A stretch of 64,000 bases of DNA from contig JADJDT010000008.1 in the NCBI GenBank assembly GCA_016702545.1, forward strand, positions 192,683-256,682. Direction: 5' to 3'. This DNA comes from Pseudomonadota bacterium. Its GTDB lineage: Bacteria; Myxococcota_A; Polyangia; GCA-2747355. The position numbers were made by a program, and so were the translations under genes. Positions within the stretch are counted from its first letter, which is position 1. Every line of letters starts with the position of its first letter. The notes under the pieces are model-generated. The model did not search any database. It saw only the letters and a list, made by a program, of their open reading frames with translations, and had not been told where the DNA came from. Of the stretch, positions 44,546 to 53,041 are shown in pieces.

Positions 44546-45348
44546 GCGCGTCGGCGGCGGGCGGCGGGGGCCTGCCCGTGCTGAGCGCGCTGCACGCCTT
44601 CGTGGCCGCGAACTTCCACGGCGCCGTGCTGCTCGAGCTCGCGCTGGCGGTGGTCACCTTTCTCGCGCTGCGGTGGATCACGGCACCCTACGGACGCCAC
44701 GCGCGACCGGGCTGGGGCCCGACGCTGCCGGCGCGGGTGGGCTGGGCCGTGATGGAGCTGCCGGCGCTGCTCGGCTTCGTCGCGCTCTTCGCCGCGAGCA
44801 GCGGCCGCGGCGAGCGCGTGCCGCTGCTGCTGGGCACGCTCTGGGTGCTGCACTACAGCCAGCGCAGCCTGGTCTTCCCCGCGCGCCTGCCGCCGACGGC
44901 GCGTCCCGTGCCGCTGGTGGTGATCGCGCTGGGGATGGTCTTCAACGCGCTCAACGCGCCGATCAACGCCTATTGGGTCGCCGAGGCGGCGCGCTATCCG
45001 GCGGGCTGGTTGGGCGATCCGCGCCTGATCGTCGGTGGGGTAGTGTTCTGCGCCGGCCTGGCCATCAACTGGCACGCCGACGCGCTGCTGCTGCGCCTGC
45101 GCCGCGCCGGCGCCTACGGCGTGCCGCAGGGGGGGCTCTTTCGCTGGGTCTCCTGCCCGAACTACCTGGGCGAGATGCTCGAGTGGTGGGGCTGGGCGCT
45201 CGCCGCCTGGTCGCCCGCTGGGGTGGCCTTTGCGCTCTACACCATGGCCAACCTGATCCCGCGGGCCGCCGCGCACCACCGCTGGTACCACCAGCGCTTC
45301 CCCGACTACCCGCGCGACCGGCGCGCCCTCGTGCCGCTGCTGTGGTGA
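44542..45348 (+). CDS. 3-oxo-5-alpha-steroid 4-dehydrogenase / DUF1295-family membrane reductase
   Basis: GGLFRWVSCPNYLGEMLEWWGWAL and RAAAHHRWYHQRFPDYP are the conserved C-terminal motifs. Its GTG start overlaps the upstream TGA. Confidence 0.75.
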   Translation: MSASAAGGGGLPVLSALHAFVAANFHGAVLLELALAVVTFLALRWITAPYGRHARPGWGPTLPARVGWAVMELPALLGFVALFAASSGRGERVPLLLGTLWVLHYSQRSLVFPARLPPTARPVPLVVIALGMVFNALNAPINAYWVAEAARYPAGWLGDPRLIVGGVVFCAGLAINWHADALLLRLRRAGAYGVPQGGLFRWVSCPNYLGEMLEWWGWALAAWSPAGVAFALYTMANLIPRAAAHHRWYHQRFPDYPRDRRALVPLLW

Positions 45349-45506
45349 GCGCTGCCAGGGCTTTCGTCTGTCACGGAAAGTGGCCGCCGAGCAGCCCGGG
45401 CGGCTAGCATTGCCACCTTCGTTGTATGAGGCCGGCTGCAGGCCGACGGCGCGCGCCTGCCCCGAGCGCGAGGCGGTGCGCCCGCCAGCCCTGTTGAGGA
45501 GGATCG

Positions 45507-46535
45507 ATGCCACCACTTGCGACACTGCTCGAAACCTTCGGTCCGAACCTGGGCTCGGGCCTCCTGCTCGGCCTGCTCGGCTGGGTCGTGCTGCGGGTCG
45601 TGCTGCCGGGCTTCTACACGGTGGACCAGAACGAGCGCGCGGTGCTCACGACCTTTGGTCGCGCCCGGCGCCTGCCCGGTCGCACCACCGCCGAGCTGCC
45701 GATCGCGGAGGCGCTGCGCCCCGACGAGCGCGAGCGCTACCAGTACCCGCAGGTGCAGGTCATCCGGCCCGGCGGACCCTACTTCCGCTGGCCCTGGCAG
45801 ACCGTGCACAAGATCTCGGTCGCGGTGCAGACGATGAACATGGCCGTCGACCCCGAGGACGCCGGCGCTAATCAGGGCGGCTCGATCCTCGAGGCCGTGA
45901 CCAAGGACCAGCTCAACACCGGCTTGACCGGGGATGTGCGCTTTCGCGTCAGCGAGCAGAACCTCTATGCCTACCTCTTCGCGATCAAGCGGCCGATCGC
46001 CCACGTGATGGGCTACTTCGTCTCGGTCTTGCGGCAGAAGATCGCCTCCTTCGAGGCGCCGCAGGCGGTCGGTGGCGAGGCCAGCGGCATGACCCTCGAG
46101 CTGGCCCAGGCCGAGGGCATCTCGATCAACGACCTGCGCAAGAACCTGCGCGACATCAACCAACACATGGACCAGGAATGTCGCAGCTCGGAGGCGCGCT
46201 ACGGCGTAGCGCTGGACGCCTCGCTGATCACCAGCATCGACCCACCGGCCGAGGTGGAGTCGGCGCTGGCGGCGATCAACACCGCGCACAACCACGTCTC
46301 GTCCGATATCTCGCTGGCGCGCGCGACCGCCGATCAGCGCATCGTGCAGTCGCGGCGCGCGGTCGAGATCGAGACCTTGCGCGCCGAGGCTGAGGTCCAG
46401 CCGCTGCAGGCGCTGGCCGCCGAGCTCGAGCAGCTGCGGGCCAACGGCCCGGACGCGCTGCGAGCCTACCGGCGCTTCATTGCGCTCGGGCTGCTCGACC
46501 GCGCGCAGCAGCACGTGCGGGAGGTGCGCTCATGA
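45507..46535 (+). CDS. SPFH/Band 7 domain protein
   Basis: N-terminal TM helix, then FYTVDQNERAVLTTFGR..., and a coiled-coil C-terminus. An RBS GAGGAGGA lies before the ATG. Confidence 0.7.
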   Translation: MPPLATLLETFGPNLGSGLLLGLLGWVVLRVVLPGFYTVDQNERAVLTTFGRARRLPGRTTAELPIAEALRPDERERYQYPQVQVIRPGGPYFRWPWQTVHKISVAVQTMNMAVDPEDAGANQGGSILEAVTKDQLNTGLTGDVRFRVSEQNLYAYLFAIKRPIAHVMGYFVSVLRQKIASFEAPQAVGGEASGMTLELAQAEGISINDLRKNLRDINQHMDQECRSSEARYGVALDASLITSIDPPAEVESALAAINTAHNHVSSDISLARATADQRIVQSRRAVEIETLRAEAEVQPLQALAAELEQLRANGPDALRAYRRFIALGLLDRAQQHVREVRS

Positions 46536-47500
46536 CGCTGATGGTTGCGGTCGCCGCGCTGGTCTTCTGGTCGATGGCGATTCCCTTCACCCTGAGCGCG
46601 CTGCGCCTGCTCGGCGTCTACGACGTGGTGCAGGAGTGCCACTGTCACGTCTACACGCTCTTCGGCAAGGTGGTGGGGGTGTTGCGCGAGCCCGGGCTGG
46701 TGTGGCTCTGGCCGCGGATGGGGCCCACCGCGCTGATCGTGCGCTGGCTCGGCACGCGCTATGTGATCGACCTGCGCCGCGACCAGACCTACATCCGCTC
46801 GCAGCCGGTCAACTCCGAAGAGGGCGCGCCGATGGGCATCGGCCTCTGGTACGAGATGTTCGTCAGCGACCCGGTGGCCTTCCTCTTCGCCAACACCGAT
46901 CCGCGCGGCTCGCTGCGCGCCAACGTCTCGAACGCCGCCGTGCGCTGCCTCAGCAACATGCCGCTGGCGGCGATGCTGCAAACGCGACACTCGATGAGCG
47001 AGAGCGTGCGCAACGAGGTCTCGCCGCAGTCGCACGAGTGGGGCTATCGCCTCGGCAGCGTCTACGTGCGCAAGGTCCACTTCCGCGACGCCGGGATGCT
47101 GCGGCAGATCGAGGAGAAGGTGGTCAATCGGCTGCGGCAGGTGACGTCGGCGATTCGCCAGGAGGGCGCCAACCAGGTCAGCGTGATCACCAGCGCGGCC
47201 GAGCGCGAGGCCGCCGTCGACTTCGCCAAGGCCGCGGCGCTGCGGCCGCAGATCGTCGGCGGCGCGCTGCAACAGATCTCGCGCCACCGCGAGGTCGCCG
47301 AGACGCTCTTCGACGTGCTCGAGACCCAGCGCCTGCTCGAGGCCAAGGGCAAGCTGACCCTGGTGCCCGCGCGCAGCGCCGAGCTCCTGCCCCAGCTCCT
47401 GGCCACCGCCGGCCTCGAGCCGCGATCGGCCCCCGAGCGCCCCGCCCCCGAGCGCCCCGTCCCGGCCAGCGCGCGCGCCCGGGGCTCGCAACCAGGTTGA
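46532..47500 (+). CDS. SPFH/Band 7 domain protein (second, translationally coupled)
   Basis: Its ATG overlaps the upstream stop (ATGA). It has a TM helix and SPFH-like segments YDVVQECHCHVYTLFGKVVGVLREPGL and GYRLGSVYVRKVHF. Confidence 0.65.
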   Translation: MTLMVAVAALVFWSMAIPFTLSALRLLGVYDVVQECHCHVYTLFGKVVGVLREPGLVWLWPRMGPTALIVRWLGTRYVIDLRRDQTYIRSQPVNSEEGAPMGIGLWYEMFVSDPVAFLFANTDPRGSLRANVSNAAVRCLSNMPLAAMLQTRHSMSESVRNEVSPQSHEWGYRLGSVYVRKVHFRDAGMLRQIEEKVVNRLRQVTSAIRQEGANQVSVITSAAEREAAVDFAKAAALRPQIVGGALQQISRHREVAETLFDVLETQRLLEAKGKLTLVPARSAELLPQLLATAGLEPRSAPERPAPERPVPASARARGSQPG

Positions 47501-47565
47501 GCCCCTCGCGCCGCTGGGACCCCGTCGTGTAGCACCCGCTTCCCCGTCGGTGCGCTCAGCGTTTG

Positions 47566-47724
47566 GGGCTCGTGACAAAACAAATCGGTCGACTGTGGCT
47601 GCCGAGGCGCGCGGCCGGCAAGGAGCGACGACGAAGGTCTACCTGGGGTAAACCGAGGAGGAGCGACGCTGGCGGACGCGATGGATCGGCGGCCACAACG
47701 ATCGAGTTGTTTTGTCACGAGCCC
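47566..47724. repeat. 159-bp MITE-like palindromic element
   Basis: 18-bp perfect termini gggctcgtgacaaaacaa / ttgttttgtcacgagccc, extendable to imperfect arms of about 38 nt. The right terminus contains the last codons and the TGA of the ATPase gene. Confidence 0.75.
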
Positions 47725-48863
47725 TTAGGGTGGGAGAGCAGCGCCTGAAGCTGCTCGAGGCCGACGTGGGTGACCTCGAGGCCGCCCTCGCTGCGCGTGA
47801 TCGGTGGTGTCCGGCGCGGCGAGACCACGAAGTTTCGGCCTGTGGGATAGGCCTCGCGGAAGACGGCGAGGTTCTTGGGCTTGAAGGTGCCCGGTCGCCA
47901 CTTGCACTCGATGACGTCGCAGGCGTCCCGCGCGCGAGGCAGCACGAAGTCCAGCTCGTGCTTGCTCTTGTCGCGCCAGAAGCGGATGTCGAGCAGCGGA
48001 ATCGACTGCAGCGTCTCGAGCACGACGTGCTCCCACAGTACCCCGAGATCGTCCTCGCGCAGGGCATCCCAGCGCCGCGCGTGACAGACGAAGCCGGTGT
48101 CGAAGGCGTAGACCTTGGGTTGCGCGACGATCTCGCGCATCGCGCCGCCGTGATGCGGGCGCACGGTGGTGATCAGATGCGTGGTCTCGAGGATGTCGCG
48201 CCAGCTCATCACCGTCGGCCGGCTAATCGCCGCGTCGCGGGCTAGGCTTGCGACCTCGAACATCCCTCCGCTCTGCCGGAGCAAGAGCTCGCAGAAGCGC
48301 AGAAACGCGGTGCGCTTCTCGACGCGAAACAGCTCCTGAACGTCGCGCGCGTAGAACGAGGCCAGCCACTCCGAGTAGGCCTCGGGGTCGAGGGCGGGCG
48401 CCAGCAGCAGGGCCGGCAAACCCCCGTGGAGCAGTCTGGTCTTGAGGTCGGTGATCCCGAACGCCGACAGCTCCGCGTAGAGGACCGGCACGAGGTGCAC
48501 CTCGCGCTTGCGCCCGGTCAGGGTGTCGCGAAACTTGGCGGTCGCTGCGATGGTCGAGGACCCACTCGCGACGATCCGGAGCTGCGGAAACGCGTCCGCG
48601 GCGATCTTGAGCACCGCACTCGGATCGTCGAGCCGGTGCACCTCATCGAGCACGACCACGCGCTCGTGCATGGAGGTGAAAAAGCGCTCGGGGTCTTGCA
48701 GCAGGTCCCGCACGCTTGGCAGATCACAGTTGAGGTAGTGGATACCACTGAGCTGCTGGGTCAGGGTGGTCTTGCCGACGCGCCGCACTCCGGAAAGCCA
48801 GGCGATCGGCGCCTTTCGCCAACTCTCGTGCAGTCGTTCGATCCACGTCGGCCGAGCAATCAC
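47715..48863 (-). CDS. AAA-type ATP-binding protein with DUF4143-like C-terminal domain
   Basis: Walker A LSGVRRVGKTTL, Walker B VVVLDEVH, and the C-terminal ELDFVLPRARDACDVIECKW restriction-endonuclease-like motif typical of the AAA_14/DUF4143 family. Confidence 0.75.
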   Translation of the reverse strand: MIARPTWIERLHESWRKAPIAWLSGVRRVGKTTLTQQLSGIHYLNCDLPSVRDLLQDPERFFTSMHERVVVLDEVHRLDDPSAVLKIAADAFPQLRIVASGSSTIAATAKFRDTLTGRKREVHLVPVLYAELSAFGITDLKTRLLHGGLPALLLAPALDPEAYSEWLASFYARDVQELFRVEKRTAFLRFCELLLRQSGGMFEVASLARDAAISRPTVMSWRDILETTHLITTVRPHHGGAMREIVAQPKVYAFDTGFVCHARRWDALREDDLGVLWEHVVLETLQSIPLLDIRFWRDKSKHELDFVLPRARDACDVIECKWRPGTFKPKNLAVFREAYPTGRNFVVSPRRTPPITRSEGGLEVTHVGLEQLQALLSHPKGS

Positions 48864-49168
48864 GAAGTAGAGGTTCCATTAAGACTGTCCAAGTGTAAAG
48901 CGCAAATGCGGCTGGCCTGGGGCCGTCGGTGTCGAGCGAGTTGCGAGCCCTGGCCCTTGAAGGGTGCCGGGCACCGCCGGGCCACCGGGTGCGATGGGTT
49001 GAGGTGCGGCGCGGGAGCGCGGTGCTAGCGCACCGGCCCAGCTTGTGCCAAGAGGGGCTGCCGTGGCGCGCTGAAGCGCGACGTGGGCCTGGGCCGCGCT
49101 GCGCCGTGCGTTGGCCGTGCATGCGCCGGGCAGGCGGGCCGTGGCGGGTGGCCTTGGCGGAGTCCCTG

Positions 49169-50532
49169 ATGCGGTGGTCGTCCAGTGCGCCTCGAACTCG
49201 GTCCGTGCGGTGCCTGGCCGCGCTGCTGCCGCTGCTGCTGGCGGGTGGGGCCAGCGCGCGCGGGCACGAGCGCCTTTTTGCCCTCGGAGGGGAGGGACGC
49301 CCCTCCTCGTGGTGCGGCGCGGCAGTCATACCCTCGAGATCCACGACGCGAGGGTGCCTCCCAAGGCCACGGCCTACCAGGAGGTGGCGGACCGCGTCGC
49401 GCGGGTGCCGGCCTGGCGCGCGCTCGCTGGGGGCGGGGCCTTCATTGGCAACGAGACCGCTCCGGGGGCCGACGATGCCTCCCCCGCCGGGCTGCTGATC
49501 GGGCCCGCGGGTCGGCAGGGGCCGGTCGCCGTCTATGGCGTCGAGCTGGGCGCGCGGACGCGACGGGAGGAGGGGGTGTTCGCGGCGCGGGACTGCGTCG
49601 GCGGTCGCTGCACCCTGCGCAGCGGCCCGGGCCTGACGGCGCAGCTCCTCGCGCACTGGCGGGATACCGCGTCGCGTCCGCCGCTGATCGGGCTCGATGT
49701 CGATGGCACCCTGGTCGAGCGCTACGTGCCGGGCGAGCGCGGCTTCGTGCATGCGACGCTCGACGCCTATCCGGCGCTCGCGCGTGAACTGGTCGCGCTC
49801 GCTCACGATCGGCACCCCTTCTTCTTCCTCACGCGCAGCGCCCTCGGCTCCGTGCGCACACGGGTGCTCGACCCCTTGGGCGTGGCCTTGGCGCAAGCGG
49901 ACGTCGCGGAGCCTTTGCCCACCTGGGTGGTGTCGAGCAGCCTGACCGTGCTCGACGAGGTGCGGTGGGCCGACGCTGCTGCGGGGACGGGCAGTCTGCA
50001 GGTCCTGCGGGACCCCGACTTCGGGCAGGCCTATCGCATCCTGCCGGCCGAGCTGGCGCAGATCCTGGGCGTCGTTGGCGCTAACGCGCACGAGGCGCTC
50101 CTGGCCGAGGCCTACGCCAGGGCCGTGCGTTGGGAGCAGGCCCTGCTCGAAGGGCCTGCCAAGTGGCCCCAGCGCACCCTGGCGCGCTTTCGCGCGCTCC
50201 TGGGGGCCGGCCTGCGCGGATTGTCGCCCGACAGCCCGCAGCTCGTCCCCGCCGTCGAGCTGCGCCCCGGGCCTGACGACGCGCGGGTCGTCGTCATCAA
50301 CCCGATCGCCTCGGGCTTCCGCGACCCCTTTGCGGCGCGTCTGGCTCGCGCGCTGGGCGGCGAGCGTGGGCCCACGCGCCCACCACTGAGCGCGCCGCTC
50401 AGCGCAAGAACACGACCGGGAAGGTCACCCGCTGGGGGCGCAGGCTGGCCGAGAAACGCCAGGCCCGGACCACGCGCCGCAGGCAGTCCGCGAGCTGGCG
50501 GTTGTCGCCGGCGTCGACCTGCACGCTCGTGA
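49169..50532 (+). CDS. Hypothetical secreted protein with a HAD-like DxDGT motif; frame broken near 49290, true 3' end uncertain (50389 or 50532)
   Basis: The signal peptide MRWSSSAPRTRSVRCLAALLPLLLAGGASA is in the frame of ORF 48929..49498. High GC3 then switches to the frame of ORF 49111..50532 at ggaggggagggacgcccc. The motif is LIGLDVDGTLVE. The last ~45 codons look like antisense of the convergent gene. Confidence 0.45.
50386..50402. terminator. Short hairpin shared by convergent genes
   Basis: ctgagcg-cgc-cgctcag. The right arm holds the TGA of the minus-strand gene, and the left arm holds an out-of-frame TGA for the plus-strand gene. Confidence 0.3.
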
Positions 50533-51049
50533 CCCTGCCGCCCTCGGCCAGCTCGACCACGACCGGTGCTTTGCGCGGCACGGACCAGGAGCCCTGACGC
50601 GCCGCGCGCTCGTAGCAGAACTGCAGCATGCGGCGATTGCGGCGCTGCAACGCGCGCAGCTCGCGCTCCGTGATCACCCGGCCGCGGGCGCGGGCTTGCG
50701 GGCCGCCGTCGGCCCGCGCCGCGCTCTGCGGGCTCGGCGCGCTCTGCGGGCTCGGCGCGGCGTCGGCGGGCGCTGGCGCGAGGGCGCCATCGACGGCCGC
50801 CAGCGGGGCGGGCGCCCGGTCGTCCGCGCCGCAACGCCGCAGCAGCAGCGCCAACGCCACCAACGCCAGCGCCACCAGCACGCCGAGGGCGATGAAGAGC
50901 GCCCTGCGGTTGCGCGGGAGGCTGTCGGGCTCTGGGGAGCTTGGCGTCAAGACGCGGCCACGATAGCCCGCCGCGGCGTCGAACGAAAGGGCGGCACACC
51001 CGGCCCCCCGGGGCGGGCGTTGCCGACGAGCGATTTGACACGCGACCAA
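50399..51049 (-). CDS. AgmX/PglI C-terminal domain protein (TonB-C-like), single TM
   Basis: TM helix ALFIALGVLVALALVALALLL, an Ala/Pro linker with APSPQS x2, and the C-terminal LRALQRRNRRMLQFCYERAARQG...GRVTSVQVDAGDNRQLADCLRRVVRAWRF. The start may be the internal TTG at 50950. Confidence 0.65.
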   Translation of the reverse strand: MVACQIARRQRPPRGAGCAALSFDAAAGYRGRVLTPSSPEPDSLPRNRRALFIALGVLVALALVALALLLRRCGADDRAPAPLAAVDGALAPAPADAAPSPQSAPSPQSAARADGGPQARARGRVITERELRALQRRNRRMLQFCYERAARQGSWSVPRKAPVVVELAEGGRVTSVQVDAGDNRQLADCLRRVVRAWRFSASLRPQRVTFPVVFLR

Positions 51050-51093
51050 CGGGCGCTACCTTTGCCGCCCTAAAACCACTGGCGAGGTGCAAG

Positions 51094-52176
51094 GTGTCGG
51101 AGCTGCTCTTCTCTCCCTATCGGCTGGGTGCGCTCGACCTGAGCAACCGCGTCGTGATGGCGCCGATGACGCGCAGCCGCTCGGCGGGCAATGTCCCCGA
51201 CGAGCGGGTCGCGACCTACTACGAACAGCGCAGCGAGGCGGGCCTGATCATCACCGAGGGCACCTCGCCCTCGCCCAACGGCCTGGGCTACCCGCGCATC
51301 CCGGGCGTGTTCTCCGCCGCGCAGGCGCAGGGCTGGAGCAAGGTCACTGCGGCCGTGCACGGCGCCGGGGGACGCATCTTCGTTCAATTGATGCACACGG
51401 GTCGCGTCGGCCATCCGCTCAACCTGCCGGATGGGGCACGGCTGCTCGGTCCCTCGGCTGTCGCCGCGCCGGGGACGATGTACACCGACGCGCAGGGCCT
51501 GCAGCCGTACCCGGTGCCGCAGGCGATGAGCGAGGACGCGATCGTCGAGGCCATCGGCGAGTTCGAGCGCGCCGCGGAGCTGGCGGTCGGCGCGGCGGGC
51601 TTCGACGGCGTCGAGCTGCACGGCGCCAACGGCTACCTGATCGATCAGTTCCTCAACACGGCGAGCAATCAGCGCAGTGATGGCTGGGGCGGCAGCCTCG
51701 AGGGCCGCAGCCGCTTCGCCGTGGAGGTCGCGCGCCGCGTCGCCGCGCGCATCGGGGCCGGCCGCGTCGGCCTGCGCATCTCGCCCTACGGCGTCTTCAA
51801 CGGCATGGCGCCCGATGCGGAGCACGACGCGCTCTACGGGCACCTGGCCCAGGCCGTGGGCCAGCTCGGCCTGGCCTATATCCATGTCGTCGATCACAGC
51901 GCGATGGGCGCGCCGCCGGTCAAGGACGAGGTCAAGGCGCTGATCCGCGAGCGCTTCCGCGGCACCTATGTCCTCTCCGGCGGCTACGACCGCGAGCGCG
52001 CCGAGCGCGACCTGGCCGCGGGCCGCGGCGAGCTGGTCGCCTTCGGTCGGCCCTTCCTCGCCAACCCGCGCCTCGTCTCCCGCCTGCGCCGCGGCGCCCC
52101 CCTGGCCGCACCCGACCCGGCGACCTTCTACACGCCGGGCCCGCAGGGCTACACGGATTACCCGCTCGAGGGCTAG
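51094..52176 (+). CDS. NADH:flavin oxidoreductase, Old Yellow Enzyme family (NemA-like alkene reductase)
   Basis: LSNRVVMAPMTRSR, AGLIITEGT, IFVQLMHTGR and GFDGVELHGANGYLIDQFL. GTG start after GGCGAGG. Confidence 0.88.
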   Translation: MSELLFSPYRLGALDLSNRVVMAPMTRSRSAGNVPDERVATYYEQRSEAGLIITEGTSPSPNGLGYPRIPGVFSAAQAQGWSKVTAAVHGAGGRIFVQLMHTGRVGHPLNLPDGARLLGPSAVAAPGTMYTDAQGLQPYPVPQAMSEDAIVEAIGEFERAAELAVGAAGFDGVELHGANGYLIDQFLNTASNQRSDGWGGSLEGRSRFAVEVARRVAARIGAGRVGLRISPYGVFNGMAPDAEHDALYGHLAQAVGQLGLAYIHVVDHSAMGAPPVKDEVKALIRERFRGTYVLSGGYDRERAERDLAAGRGELVAFGRPFLANPRLVSRLRRGAPLAAPDPATFYTPGPQGYTDYPLEG

Positions 52177-52365
52177 GTACCGCTCCACACCGGCGTTCGC
52201 CGGGCCCAGGCCCCGAGGCCCCGCCGGCCCTCTCCGTCATGGCCCTGCTCAGATCGCGCCACCCGCCAGCCGCCGCGCGGGCCGCGTCCTCGTCGAGAGC
52301 CTGCGCAAGGGCCGGCTGTCGCGCCTGCACGACGCCGCACCTGGTCCGGTGATGAGGCGCGACCG

Positions 52366-52746
52366 ATGAAGGTCCTCGTGGACACCTCGGTGCTGCTTGA
52401 TCACTTGCGCGGCCGGGCGCACGCGGCGGAGTTGCTGATGCGCTCCGTGCGCGCGGGCGCCGCGTTGTGGAGCGCCACGGTGGTTCGCACGGAGATTCTT
52501 GCCGGCATGCGCGAGGGTGAGGAGCGCGCGACGAACGCGTTGCTCGGCGCGCTGCGCTGGCAGGCCCTCACGATCGAGATCGCCGACCATGCGGGCCGGC
52601 TGGCCCGCCGCTACCTGCGGTCACATCCGCGCGTCGACACCGTCGACTACGTCGTCGCCGCCACTGCGTTGACCCTGGGTGCCTCGTTACTGACCCAGAA
52701 CGTCAAGCACTTCCCGATGTTCGACGGCCTGCGTCCGGCCTACTGA
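52366..52746 (+). CDS. vapC: PIN-domain VapC-family toxin, no recognisable cognate antitoxin
   Basis: MKVLVDTSVLLDHL..., ...DTVDYVVAATALTLGASLLTQNVKHF. The upstream 190 nt contain no convincing antitoxin ORF with a canonical start. Confidence 0.75.
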   Translation: MKVLVDTSVLLDHLRGRAHAAELLMRSVRAGAALWSATVVRTEILAGMREGEERATNALLGALRWQALTIEIADHAGRLARRYLRSHPRVDTVDYVVAATALTLGASLLTQNVKHFPMFDGLRPAY

Positions 52747-52990
52747 CCGGCTGCGCGCCGCCGACCACGCGGGCAAGTCGCGAGTCCCGGGTCGGGCCAG
52801 AGGGGGCCAAGCGCCCGCTCCCACGCCTCAGACCCCGCTCTGCGCCCCAGTGGCCACGCCCAGGGCGGCCCTCCCATTGCCCGCGCCATGGCCGGCCTGG
52901 CATTTCGCACCCCACGCCCGCCGCCGCATCGAGCACCAACCCGGTTGGGGGACCTGCGACAATCGACGGCGATAGAGGCGGGGAACTCGG

Positions 52991-53041
52991 CTAACCCGAA
53001 GACAAAGGGCTTGCGCTGGAGCGCGCTTGTTTTCGGGCTAG
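52991..53041. repeat. CTAG-hairpin element, short copy 3
   Basis: ctaacccgaagacaaagggcttgcgctggagcgcgcttgttttcgggctag aligns with 14231-14281. Its terminal CTAG supplies the TAG stop of the ATP-grasp gene. Confidence 0.7.

Noticed and set aside
47563-47748. 61-aa ORF inside the 159-bp palindromic element
   Set aside because: It is entirely accounted for by the inverted-repeat element, and it has no RBS or coding bias.
45507-48863. SPFH pair plus the DUF4143 ATPase as a defence-type module
   Set aside because: The genes are on opposite strands and separated by a MITE-like element. The SPFH pair is a common housekeeping arrangement. I have no evidence of functional linkage.
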